Source: an uncultured bacterium (GTDB lineage: Bacteria > Verrucomicrobiota > Verrucomicrobiia > Limisphaerales > UBA8199). From it: 64,000 nucleotides of DNA. The notes below the pieces were generated by a model that did not search any database, was not told where the DNA came from, and saw nothing but the letters and a program-made list of their open reading frames with translations. The stretch is from the NCBI GenBank assembly GCA_963749495.1, contig CAVVMW010000004.1, positions 192,001 through 256,000 of the forward strand, given 5' to 3'. The position numbers were made by a program, and so were the translations under genes. Shown here piece by piece: positions 30,353 to 40,882 of this stretch (its first letter is position 1; each line of letters begins with the position of its first letter).

Positions 30353-33255
30353 ACCAGAGGCAAGAGGTTGTGGAACGTCTGGCGGCCGCTGATCGGCGGC
30401 ACCAGAAGGAGGCCGGGGGACGACTGCTCCTGCGCAGCCTCAAGTATGGCTGCGCCCTGGTGCTGGCGGCCTTCGTGGCGGACGTGGCGCTGCACTTGAG
30501 CGCCGGGTGGCGGCTGGGCCTGGTGCTGGCGCTGCTCGGCGGGGCGGCCGCCCTGGCCATCGCGGCCTGGCGCGTCGCCTTTGTGCGCCGCAACCGCCTC
30601 GAGCGCATTGCGCGCTTTCTGGAGGGCCGCGCGCCGGCCCTGGGCTCGAGCCTGATCAACCTCCTCCAGCTCCAGGTCCAGGTCACCGACCCCGCGTTGA
30701 GCGCCCTCACGCGCGACCTGGCCCGCCAGGCGGTCGAGGGCTACGCCGCCCAATTGAAGGGCACCCCGCTGGAACGGCTCGCCTGGACCGGCGAGCTGCG
30801 CCGCCACCTCAAGCGGGCCGCCTGGGCGCTCTTGGGTTTTGCCGCGCTCCTGGCCGCATTCTTCCGGGTCACGGCCGTCGAGGTGGCCCGCTTCGCCGAT
30901 CCTTACGGCGACCATCCCCCGTACTCCTTCACCCGGCTGGAAATCGTCGAGCCCGGCCGTGCCGGCACCAACGTCCTTTATGGCAAGGGCATCGTCGTCA
31001 AGGTCAAGGCCGCCGGGCACCAGCCCCGGGAGGTCTTCCTGAGCACCTTCCCGCCCGGCCATCCAGAGCGGACTCTCACCGTTGCGATGTTCGACAAAGG
31101 CGCCGCCGGCTTCCACCAATTGGTGGACAACGTGCGCGCCGACCTGCTGGCCTTCGCCCACACCAAAGACCGCACCAGCGTTTCCAAGCAGGTCCGCCTG
31201 GGGGTCATCCTCACGCCGCAGTTGGAACGGGCCTTGGTCCAAGTGACCCCGCCGGCCTATACCGGTTTGAAGCCCGACGAACAGCCTTATGCCTTCAAGG
31301 CCGTGCAAGCGCTGGAGGGCAGCCAGGTGCGCTTCCGGCTCCAATCCAATCGCCCGTTGCGCGAGGGGCTGCTCCAGTTGTGCGCCGCCGAGCAGCCCCC
31401 GCAACGCATCGCCCTGGCCCGCTCGGCTGAAAACGAGGTTGCCGGCGCCTTTACCGCCGCCGATTCCTGCCGGTTGCGCTTCAGCATCCTCGATGTGGCG
31501 GGCCTGCCCTCCCAGGCCGATTTGGAAGGGGCCCTCACCGTCACCCACGACCTGCCGCCGGAGGTCCGCATCACCGAACCGGCCCACGACGCCTTTGTCG
31601 CCCTGGATTTCAAATTCCAGGCACACATCGAGGCGAACGACGACTACGGCCTGCGCAGCGTGCGAATCCACCGCGGGGTCAATGGCGTCTATCCCGCCCC
31701 CAAGGCGGTTTCTTATGAGGGCATTGTGCGCGACAGCCATGAGACGATGGACTTCGATCTGCAGCAACTGGGCGTGAAGGCCGGGGACATCATCTCGTTG
31801 TTTGCCGAGGCGGTGGACAATGCGCCCCAGCCCCACCTGGCCCGCAGCCAGACCCTCCGGCTCTCGGTCATCAGCGTCGAGGACTACAACAACCTGCTGC
31901 GCGAGCAGACCGACCTGTCCGATACGGAGGCCAAGTACGCGGCGCTCATGGAGGACCTGCAAGAACTGGCAGACGACCAAAAGAAGCTCGGCGGCCAATT
32001 CCAGCAACTCCAAGAGCAGACAGCCAAGGCCGGGCCCAAAGAACGGGACGAGTTGCCCGCTCGGCTCGACCAGTTGTTGGCCCGGCAGAACGAACTCAAC
32101 CAGAAGCTCAATCAACAGGCGGAGCGCATGGACCATTTCGTGCGCGATAACCCGCTCTACGATGTCGAGCGGGAGTTGCAGGACCTGCTGCGCCAGGAGG
32201 CCGGGCAGGTCCGCCAGAGCACCGGCGCCAACAACGACGCCGCGCGAGACGTTGCCCAGCGCAGCATGCCCCCCGGCGGCGCCCGCCAGGTGACGCCCGC
32301 CATGCTCAGCGATTTGAAGAGGGCCTCCGACGACCAGGTGGCCCGGCTGGGCGGGGTCGAAGAGGCCGGGGCCAAAAGGATGTCCGAGACACTCCAGGAG
32401 ATGGGCCAGATGCAGGAGTTGCAAAAGGACTTCAACCAGTTCGAGGACCTCTACCGCGCCCAGAAAGAACTGGCCGCCCAGACCCAGGCCTACAACCGCG
32501 CCGGCCAACTCGACCGCGAGGACCAGTTGGCCCTCAAGGAACTGGCCGCAACCGAAAAACAAGTCGGCGAGGCCCTCGACCAGGTCGAACAGAAGCTGCG
32601 GGAGGACGCCAAAGCCGCCGCCAAGCTCTTCCCCAAAGCCGCCCAGAGCGGGCATGACCTGGCGGACAAGATCAACGAACTGCGGCTGGGGCCGCTGGCG
32701 CGCCAGGCCACCGGCCAGATGCTGGCCGGCAACGGCGACCGCTCGTTCCGCCTGGCCGAGCGCCTGCGGGGCGAGATGGACAAATTGTTCACCGAGGCGC
32801 AGGGGGGCAACTGCCCCTCGTGCGAGGAGTTGGACGGCTATTTGACCCTGCAGCGGGGCATGAAACCGGGCAACAATTTCTCCCAGATGGCCCGCAGCCG
32901 CAAAGGCGGGCAGAACCTGGGACGCGCCCGCGGACAGGGCATGGCCCAAGGCCAGGGCCAGACCGGCTCGTCAGGCTACGCCGTGCTCGATGACTCCATC
33001 GCTGACGTGATGGGCAACGAAACCCACGCCCAGCGCGGCAGCGCCACCGCCCGCCAGTCCAGCCGCCTGGGCAAGGGCCTGGCCGCCCCCTCCGACACCC
33101 ACGCCGCCACCGACGCCCAGACGGCCGACGTGGTCAAAAACCTCAACCCCGTCAACCGCCAGTCCGGCGCCGTCTCCCCGGAGGCACTCATCGAGGAATA
33201 CAGCGACCTGGTGGACAGCTACTTTAAGACGATCACCACGAGGAAAAAGGAATGA
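30346..33255 (+). CDS. Large membrane-anchored coiled-coil protein (DUF4175-like)
   Basis: N-terminal TMs, PPAYT, D.PP.V.I..P, A.DDYGL, Gln/Leu coiled coils, C-terminal EEY..LVDSYF. Confidence 0.75.
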   Translation: MLNQRQEVVERLAAADRRHQKEAGGRLLLRSLKYGCALVLAAFVADVALHLSAGWRLGLVLALLGGAAALAIAAWRVAFVRRNRLERIARFLEGRAPALGSSLINLLQLQVQVTDPALSALTRDLARQAVEGYAAQLKGTPLERLAWTGELRRHLKRAAWALLGFAALLAAFFRVTAVEVARFADPYGDHPPYSFTRLEIVEPGRAGTNVLYGKGIVVKVKAAGHQPREVFLSTFPPGHPERTLTVAMFDKGAAGFHQLVDNVRADLLAFAHTKDRTSVSKQVRLGVILTPQLERALVQVTPPAYTGLKPDEQPYAFKAVQALEGSQVRFRLQSNRPLREGLLQLCAAEQPPQRIALARSAENEVAGAFTAADSCRLRFSILDVAGLPSQADLEGALTVTHDLPPEVRITEPAHDAFVALDFKFQAHIEANDDYGLRSVRIHRGVNGVYPAPKAVSYEGIVRDSHETMDFDLQQLGVKAGDIISLFAEAVDNAPQPHLARSQTLRLSVISVEDYNNLLREQTDLSDTEAKYAALMEDLQELADDQKKLGGQFQQLQEQTAKAGPKERDELPARLDQLLARQNELNQKLNQQAERMDHFVRDNPLYDVERELQDLLRQEAGQVRQSTGANNDAARDVAQRSMPPGGARQVTPAMLSDLKRASDDQVARLGGVEEAGAKRMSETLQEMGQMQELQKDFNQFEDLYRAQKELAAQTQAYNRAGQLDREDQLALKELAATEKQVGEALDQVEQKLREDAKAAAKLFPKAAQSGHDLADKINELRLGPLARQATGQMLAGNGDRSFRLAERLRGEMDKLFTEAQGGNCPSCEELDGYLTLQRGMKPGNNFSQMARSRKGGQNLGRARGQGMAQGQGQTGSSGYAVLDDSIADVMGNETHAQRGSATARQSSRLGKGLAAPSDTHAATDAQTADVVKNLNPVNRQSGAVSPEALIEEYSDLVDSYFKTITTRKKE

Positions 33256-34031
33256 AAGCGATTAGGGCATCCCTGCGGCCAACCAACTCGTCCGACTCGT
33301 CCGACCAGTCTGACTCGTCTGACTGGTCTGACTGGTCTGACTGGTCTAAGACCGCCAGGCTTTGGATTTCATCCGCCCTCTTTCTGTGCCTTTGCGCCGG
33401 CTCGGCCTGCGGGGCCGGCTACAGCTACCAGCCCCCCGGCCGCTCGGACCCGACCTTGCTCCAATGCGGCAACCTGATCTACGCGGGCAACCGCAGCTCG
33501 GTCTGTTTTGCCGATCGCTTCCTGACCGACGTGGCCGACCAGACCTGCCTGCGCGTCAACCGGAAATTCTGCCCCGTGCGCCTGGATACCGAGACGCTGT
33601 TCGACTTCCCCTTTTGCGTCATGTCGGGCAATGAGAGCTTTGCTCTCTCCGAAAAAGAGCGAGGCCAGCTCCGCAAATTCCTCACTCAAGGCGGCTTCCT
33701 CCTGGCCAGCCCCGGCTGCTCGGATGAGAAGTGGGACCGGTCCTTTCGCCAGGAGCTCCGAGTCTGCTTCCCGGAGAACCCGCTCAAGAAGATCCCGATG
33801 AACCACGCTATCTTCTCGATCGTCCACCAAATCCCCCGCCTGACCGACAAGCACGGCAGGCTGGTGTCGCTCGAGGGTCTCGAACTCAACGGACGGCTGG
33901 TCATGGTCTATTCCAAGGAGGGCCTCAACGATGTCGAGCACGCCATCGGCTGCTGCTGCTGCGGCGGCAATGAAATCAGCAACCCCGTCCGCGTCAATGT
34001 CAACGTCTTCACTTATGCGGTGGTGTACTGA
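33252..34031 (+). CDS. DUF4159 domain protein
   Basis: FPFCVMSG..F.LSE.ER..LR.FL..GGFL, IPMNHAIF, NVNVFTYA; C-terminal CCCCGG; N-terminal SD nonamer repeats. Confidence 0.8.
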   Translation: MKAIRASLRPTNSSDSSDQSDSSDWSDWSDWSKTARLWISSALFLCLCAGSACGAGYSYQPPGRSDPTLLQCGNLIYAGNRSSVCFADRFLTDVADQTCLRVNRKFCPVRLDTETLFDFPFCVMSGNESFALSEKERGQLRKFLTQGGFLLASPGCSDEKWDRSFRQELRVCFPENPLKKIPMNHAIFSIVHQIPRLTDKHGRLVSLEGLELNGRLVMVYSKEGLNDVEHAIGCCCCGGNEISNPVRVNVNVFTYAVVY

Positions 34032-34109
34032 GCGCGGCCAGGCCTCCCATGAACCGCCGCAGAGCCCGCAACGCTATCGCGCGCTCCTGCGCGTCCCTGT
34101 CTCGCGAAG

Positions 34110-34546
34110 CGTCTGGAGTGCGGCGTATTCCGCCGCTTTGCGAACCAACGTCACCCGGCCTTCGAACGCCAAAGCGCGGGAATGCCGCGCACTCCAGACG
34201 GTTCGCGACTCCGACCGCGCATCCCCGCCGCGCGGAGTCGCGCCCGCGGGCGCTTCTCGCCAGTACCCCCACCTCCAGCCAGGAGCAGCGGCTCGGAGCC
34301 GAGCCCCAGCGGAGGCTCGGGGCAACCCGGAGGGTTGCCAGATGGTCGCCGGGGGTCGCGGCGTTGCCGCGACCCCCGCTTTGTGGCCGAAAGGGGCCTG
34401 CACCCCGGAACGGGGTGCCAGAAGGCTGCACACATGGAGCAGGCGGCCTTCTGGCATCCCTCCGGGATGCAGACCCACACTGCCGCCAAACCGGGGGTCT
34501 CGCTGCGCTTCGACCCCCGGCTACCATCTGTCATCCCTCCGGGATG
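34110..34546. repeat. Cluster of two REP-like palindrome pairs
   Basis: GTCTGGAGTGCGGCGTATTCC..GGAATGCCGCGCACTCCAGAC and CAACCCGGAGGGTTG..CATCCCTCCGGGATG. Confidence 0.75.
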
Positions 34547-34605
34547 AATTCCTGGGCGACGGGCACGCGCCCTCACCCCCTGGCTCGCATGGTGGTATTC
34601 ACGAG

Positions 34606-35990
34606 ATGCGCCCCACCCCCCCTCGCCACGCTCTGACGCTTTGCCTCGCGGCGGCGGCGGCCGTTATCCTGTGCGGTTGCGGCCGTTCCCCCGCGCCCCC
34701 GGTCACTGAGGTGCCGCTCTACTTCACGTGCGACACCCGGGGGCGGCTCGACCCTGCGGCTGTTTCACCGGCCAGTTTGGGGGGCTCACGCGGCTCAAGA
34801 CGGTGCTCGACGCCGAGGCGCCGCCGGGCGCAATTCGGGTCAACATCGGCGACGCGATCAGCGGGCACGAGGACTATGACGTGATCCAGTATCGCTACAT
34901 GCTGCGCGCCTTTGCGGCCATGAAGTTCGACGCGCTCAACGCCGGCCAGCGCGAGGCGCAGCTCAGCGCAGCGCAACTGCGCCAACTCAAGGCATCCTCT
35001 CCCGTGCCGATCCTGAGCGCCAACCTGCTGGACAAGGCGAGCCGCAAACCGATCTTCGAGCCCTACCGGGTCGTCCAGCGCAATGGCTTGCGCGTGGCCC
35101 TCATTGGCGTGCTGGACCCGCGCGGGTTGGGGGATGACCTCGGGGCGGGGCTGGTGGTGGACGACATGGAATCGACACTGGTGCGGTGGCTGGCCGAGGT
35201 GCGGCCCAAGGCGGACTTGATCGTCCTGCTGGCCTTCACGGACGAAGCCACGCTGGCGCGGCTGGCGGAGCAGTTTTATGAAATCCAGGTCATCCTGGGC
35301 GGCAAGGTCAGCCAGCCGGCCCAGGAGCTCAAACGCGAAAACCGCAGCCTCATCTATTTCGTCACCAACGAATCGCGCGCCTTGGGCATCCTGCGGCTCC
35401 AAGTGCGCCGCGGCGCTCCCCTGCGCGTTGCGGCCAATGAGATCCGCCTGCTCCACGACCAGATCGAGCAGGATGCCTCGTTCTGCGCCCTGGCGCAGAG
35501 CTATCGCCAGGAAGTGCGCCGCGCCCGTCTGGATGTGGACGACCCCGCCAACGCCACCGCCGACATGGTGCCGGGCATAAAGAGCATCGCCACGTTCGTG
35601 GGCACCCCCCGTTGCGTGGAATGCCATAAGACCACCGGCGCTCTATGGGCCAAATCCGGCCACGCCCGCGCCTTCGCCACGCTGCGCGACCGCCAGGCGG
35701 ACGCCGACCCCAAGTGCATCGTCTGCCACACCACCGGCTTTGGCAGCGCGTCCGGCTACCGCCGCCAGTTCGCCGGCGACAAGCTGGTGGATGTCGGCTG
35801 CGAAAGCTGCCACGGCCCGGGCAGCCTCCATGTCCGGCAGCGCGAAGGAGACAAGACCGTTGACTTCACCTACCGCCCGCTGGACGCCGGGGACTGCAAG
35901 AAGTGCCATTACGGCGAGTTCAGCCGCCCGTTTTATTGGCACGAATTCTGGCCCGCGATCAAGCACGGCAAAGAGCCGCCGGCCGTTTGA
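34606..35990 (+). CDS. Lipoprotein with metallophosphoesterase (UshA-like) domain and tetraheme c554-like cytochrome; frameshift near 34752
   Basis: LCGC lipobox; FTCDTRGRL(E)PCGC..QFGG; four CxxCH (CVECH, CIVCH, CESCH, CKKCH). Confidence 0.85.
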
Positions 35991-35999
35991 GGGGCGTTT

Positions 36000-36140
36000 G
36001 TCCGGCCGGTCGGACCTGTCGGACTTGTCCGACAGGTCAGACTAAATCGAACCACGCAACTTTGGCACAACCTTTGTCGCAGCCTTTGTCGCCTCCTTCG
36101 TCGAGAAATGGCGCATTCGACAAAGGCCGCGACAAAGGTC
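36000..36140. repeat. Nonamer (GTCGGAC-type) and CTTTGTCG/CGACAAAG repeats
   Basis: Same motifs recur at 27780, 33288, 52800-52870, 60525-60560 and 63707-63740. Confidence 0.65.
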
Positions 36141-36185
36141 CAAAACCCGCATGGGTGTGCCAATGTGGGTTGTTCCGATTTAGGC

Positions 36186-36698
36186 TTACTTCGGCGTCGA
36201 GGGCGCCGCCGGCTTGTTGGTAGCGGGCGCCGGGGCCGGCGCCGGGGCCGGTTTGGCGGGGAGGTTCGTCGCTTCGGCGGACGGCACGGTCAATAGCAGG
36301 TTCGAACCGGAGGAGGGTGCGCTCATGAGCAGGTTCGAGCCGGCTCCGGGCGCAGGGCCAGGCTGCACGGGGGTCGTGTGTGCGGCCGGGGCAGTGGCGG
36401 GCGGCCTGGAGCCGGGCGATGCGAGCAGATTGCGGAAGGTCGAGGTGCCCTTGCCATAATGGTAGCCCCGGAGCAGCGCGATCAACACCGACAGGAAAAA
36501 GAAGCTCCCGGCCAGGTACTTCGTGATCTTCGTCAGCACGTTTCCGGAGCCGGCGCCGAACAGGGCGTCGGTGGCGGCCCCGCCAAACGCCAGGCCCGCG
36601 CCCGCATCTTTCTTGGGCAACTGCAGCAGCACCAGGAAGATCAGCACGAAGCAGTTCAGAATCATTACCAGCGTCAAAAGTCCAATTATGAACACCAT
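36186..36698 (-). CDS. secG: Preprotein translocase subunit SecG with Pro/Ala-rich tail
   Basis: LVLLQLPKKDAGAGLAFGG...LTKIT two-TM pattern; follows tpiA. Confidence 0.9.
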   Translation of the reverse strand: MVFIIGLLTLVMILNCFVLIFLVLLQLPKKDAGAGLAFGGAATDALFGAGSGNVLTKITKYLAGSFFFLSVLIALLRGYHYGKGTSTFRNLLASPGSRPPATAPAAHTTPVQPGPAPGAGSNLLMSAPSSGSNLLLTVPSAEATNLPAKPAPAPAPAPATNKPAAPSTPK

Positions 36699-36712
36699 AT
36701 CGTTTTCCTGGC

Positions 36713-37478
<766 letters not shown>

Positions 37479-37528
37479 GGCAGCCATTTCTGGGTTGGTA
37501 TTCTGCGTGTTCTCTTCTGCGCGCCCGG

Positions 37529-38785
37529 TTACTTGTCGCTCAACGCCGCCACGCCGGGCAGGACGCGGCCCTCGAGGAACTCGAGGCTGGCGCCCCCGCC
37601 GGTGCTCATGAACGTGACCTTGTCGCCCAGCTTGGCCTTGTTGAGGGCCTTGACGCTGTCGCCCCCGCCGATGATGCTCTTGGCGCCGTGTTTCTGCGTG
37701 GCGTCCGCCACCGCCCGGGCCACGGCGTTGGTCCCCTCGGCGAAGCGTTTGTCCTCGAAGAGCCCCATCGGCCCGTTCCACAGGATGGTCCTCGCCTTGG
37801 CGACTTCATCGGAATAGGCCTTGACCGTCTTGGGGCCGATGTCCAGTCCGGCGGCATTGTCGGGGCAATTCATCTCCTTGTTGGTGCGCACGTCCTGGTA
37901 TTCAATCACCGGCTTGCCCTTCTTGTCCAATGTGCCGCTCTTGACCGGGACCGCCACGACGTTGTCGACCGGCAGCAGGAACTTGACCTTGCGCTGCACC
38001 GCCTTGGCCAGGGCCGCCTTGGCCACCTCGGTCTTGTCCGGCTCCACGAGCGACTTGCCCGTTTTGAACCCTTGCGCCAGGCGAAAGGTATAGGCCATCG
38101 CCCCGCCGATGAGGATCACCTCGGCCTTGTCCAGGAGCCGATCGATGACCAGAATCTTGTCCGAGACCTTGGCCCCGCCCAGGATGACGACGAACGGGCG
38201 CGCCGGGTTCTCCAATTCCTCGCCCAGGAACTTGAGTTCGCGCTCCATCAGCAGGCCCGCCGCGCACGGACCGCCCCGCTGCGACACCACTCGTGCCACC
38301 CCTTCGGTCGAGGCATGCGCGCGATGGGCTGAGCCGAAGGCGTCGTTCACGTACACGTCTGCCACCGCGGCCAGCCGCCCGGCAAACCCGGGGTCGTTCG
38401 CCTCTTCTTCCTTGTAGAACCGCACGTTCTCCAGCAGCAACACCTCGCCCGGTTTCATCGCGTTGACCGCCTGCTCGACCGTCGGCCCGGTGCAGTCGTC
38501 CACGAAGCCCACCGGGCGCCCCAACAATTCCTGGAGCTTGGCCGCCACGGGCCGCAGCGACATCGTTGGCTCGCGCCTCCCTTTGGGCCGGCCCAGGTGC
38601 GAGGCCAGGATCAGTTTGCCGCCCCGCTCGCTCAGTAACCGGAGCGTCGGCAGCGTCTCCACGATCCGCGTGGCGTCGGTGATGACCATCTGCCCCTCTT
38701 TCTCCTCAAGCGGCACATTGAAGTCCACCCGCACAAACACCCGCTTGCCCCGAACGTCCAAATCTTTAACCGTCAATTTTGCCAT
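37529..38785 (-). CDS. pgk: Phosphoglycerate kinase
   Basis: RVDFNVP, SHLGRP, LLENVRF, NDAFGSAHR, GGAKVSDK, WNGPMG, STGGGASLE. Confidence 0.98.
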   Translation of the reverse strand: MAKLTVKDLDVRGKRVFVRVDFNVPLEEKEGQMVITDATRIVETLPTLRLLSERGGKLILASHLGRPKGRREPTMSLRPVAAKLQELLGRPVGFVDDCTGPTVEQAVNAMKPGEVLLLENVRFYKEEEANDPGFAGRLAAVADVYVNDAFGSAHRAHASTEGVARVVSQRGGPCAAGLLMERELKFLGEELENPARPFVVILGGAKVSDKILVIDRLLDKAEVILIGGAMAYTFRLAQGFKTGKSLVEPDKTEVAKAALAKAVQRKVKFLLPVDNVVAVPVKSGTLDKKGKPVIEYQDVRTNKEMNCPDNAAGLDIGPKTVKAYSDEVAKARTILWNGPMGLFEDKRFAEGTNAVARAVADATQKHGAKSIIGGGDSVKALNKAKLGDKVTFMSTGGGASLEFLEGRVLPGVAALSDK

Positions 38786-38860
38786 AAGTTCTTTTCTCCT
38801 GAACAAGGGCGCCCAGCATACCCCGGCGCGCCCCGGAGTCAAAACGAAAATCTACCCCCC

Positions 38861-39835
38861 TTACTTGCTCATCGCCGCTTCGCCTGTGCGGACATCGAGG
38901 GTCCACTCCCTGGGCTGGGGCAGCCACAACCTGCCCTGGCCGATCTCCAGCGGCATCCACAGGTAACGGGAATCCCACTGCGCGCGCGGCTTCCAGAGGT
39001 CCGCCATGAAGATCACCGTGGTCCCCTTTGTCCCGGCCACCTTGAGCATCATCGTGGATTGCGAGCCGTAGGTGTTGGTCTCGGGCGGGGCAATGTCTTT
39101 GAATTCGGACCAGGGCCCCTCCAGCGAAGCGGCTGTGGCGTACTTGTTGGGGTTCGCCTGCCAGCCCGTCAACGCGGAGCCAATGGCATAGTAGAGCGCG
39201 CCGTAATGCACCACTGCCCCGCCTTCCAGGTGGGCGGAAATCAGGCACATCTGCTTCTCGACGCCAAGGAAATCCTCCGAGAGCCGCGCGATGCGGAAAC
39301 CGAAAGGCCGGTCCTCGAAGATCAAGTAGGCCGTCCCGTCGTCATCGATGAATTGGCCGATGTCCCGGCTCTCATGCCCCAGCGGACGGAAGCTCTTCAG
39401 ATAGGCGTAAGTGCCATCAACCGTGCCGCAGGTCGCCACGGCCACTCGCGCCAGCTTGTAGCCGGCATCGTCCAGGTGGGCGTAGAGGACGAATTGCCTG
39501 GTCTTGGGGTTAAAAAACACCTTGGGGCGCTCGAGAACCCAGCCCCGACCCAGGTTCAGGCCCTCGGGGGCCGCCATATTGACGACCTGGTTGCGGAACG
39601 TCCAGTGCGCCAGGTCCTTGGAGGAATAGCAACTGGCATAACGGCGGCTCCGATCGTTTTCCTGCGAGCGGTCCTCGCCGAACCAATAATAGGTGTCATC
39701 CAGCTTGAGAATGCCTCCGCCATGGGCCTGGATGTGCCGGCCGCGGTCGTCGGGCCAGATCTCCCCTGGTCGGAAGGCCTGCGGGGCCGCCCAGGCGGCG
39801 CCGGCCAGCAGGCAGCAGGCGGCGGCGGCAGCCAT
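38861..39835 (-). CDS. Glycoside hydrolase family 43 (exo-beta-1,3-galactanase-like)
   Basis: IQAHGGG, YYWFGE, ERPKV, SRD..FIDDDG, TYGSQST, Y.WMP; signal peptide; start approximate. Confidence 0.88.
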   Translation of the reverse strand: MAAAAACCLLAGAAWAAPQAFRPGEIWPDDRGRHIQAHGGGILKLDDTYYWFGEDRSQENDRSRRYASCYSSKDLAHWTFRNQVVNMAAPEGLNLGRGWVLERPKVFFNPKTRQFVLYAHLDDAGYKLARVAVATCGTVDGTYAYLKSFRPLGHESRDIGQFIDDDGTAYLIFEDRPFGFRIARLSEDFLGVEKQMCLISAHLEGGAVVHYGALYYAIGSALTGWQANPNKYATAASLEGPWSEFKDIAPPETNTYGSQSTMMLKVAGTKGTTVIFMADLWKPRAQWDSRYLWMPLEIGQGRLWLPQPREWTLDVRTGEAAMSK

Positions 39836-40663
39836 CGTCCGGCCTTTGCCCGGTCTTGCGGTTGGCGTCGCGCTGTTCAACTGGAAGACAATGTTGCTGA
39901 CCAAGGGCGAGCTGGCAAGGCAAGAAAAGGTGGCGTGAGTGCCGCTGCCGATGCAGGCCGCCTGGAGCCGGGACGCGTTTTCGCAGGCGTACTGGCGGTT
40001 GTCGAAGGCTCCCGATGGCATGTAGAGGGACAAATAAAGCCGGCGAAGGTGGAAGTCGTACGTGTTGACCACGCCGGCGTGGGCCAGGAGCCCGGCGGTG
40101 TTGGCCTCCCAGGTCATCTGGTCGGCGCAGTGGTAGGACAGGAGGGTGACACTGGTCCCCTTGGTGGCGGGGGCCAGGCCCCCGAGACGGACGACTTGCC
40201 GATACTGAGAACTGAACATGTAGTACCGCACCCTCGACCGCCAGTTGTGGACGTGACGCAGACCGCAGTCCGGGTAACCCGGGCAGGGTCTCGGCCGCAC
40301 CCTGCCGGAGGGCCTGGCGATTCCCTGGCGGCCTGGAGTGCCTTCCAGAGCCGTTACACCCGTTACAAGCCCGTGAATTCAGGGCTTTCCTGAGGACCGG
40401 CGCGGTTTGGCGAGCCGTGACACACGTGACAACCTCGGAAGAACGGTCCGTAGCAGAGATTGGATGCGCAGCTTGCGCGGCATGTGGAAAGCACGCCACA
40501 ACCCGGCTCTTGTGTCAACAGTTTTTACCGACCGCTATTTGACCCCTTTTTGTTGGCTACGAAGCGATGAACCGTAGCTCCGCGCAAGTTGCGCGGGCTT
40601 TGAACAACGGCCTTTACGGTGGCAAGAGAACTAGCCTGCCTAAACGACCTCGAAGTAATATAC

Positions 40664-40692
40664 TTGACGGAATATAACTATAATAATATAAC
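40664..40692 (+). promoter_or_regulatory. Sigma70-like promoter
   Basis: TTGACG-17 nt-TATAAC, 7 nt before ATG 40700; AATATAAC directly repeated within it. Confidence 0.65.
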
Positions 40693-40699
40693 AGAGCGT

Positions 40700-40882
40700 A
40701 TGCCGATGGTGCAACTGCCCGGTTACCGTTGCGAGCGATGTGGTCACCAGTGGGTCCCACGGGGTGGCCGTGGCGAGCCGCGTGTGTGCCCAAAATGCAA
40801 GAGCCCCTGGTGGAACGCGCCGAAGAGCTTGGCACCTGTTCGGCCAAAGGCGAGTGGCCACGATAGAAACCGGAAAGCTTGA
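40700..40882 (+). CDS. Small zinc-ribbon protein
   Basis: 60 aa, CERCGHQW...CPKCKSPWW; overlaps the start of the MTase ORF. Confidence 0.75.
   Translation: MPMVQLPGYRCERCGHQWVPRGGRGEPRVCPKCKSPWWNAPKSLAPVRPKASGHDRNRKA

Noticed and set aside
25686..32949. Long antisense ORFs (730, 544 and 886 aa; also 1392-2888 and 54048-55490)
   Set aside because: Shadow frames of GC-rich genes with no recognisable motifs; the opposite strand carries clear families
34750..34762. Selenocysteine in the UshA-like CxC motif
   Set aside because: Codons are TGC GGC TGT (Cys-Gly-Cys); no TGA
38861..40300. Single 479-aa GH43 protein
   Set aside because: The signal peptide lies at ~39835, mid-ORF; the upstream part looks like a separate fragment
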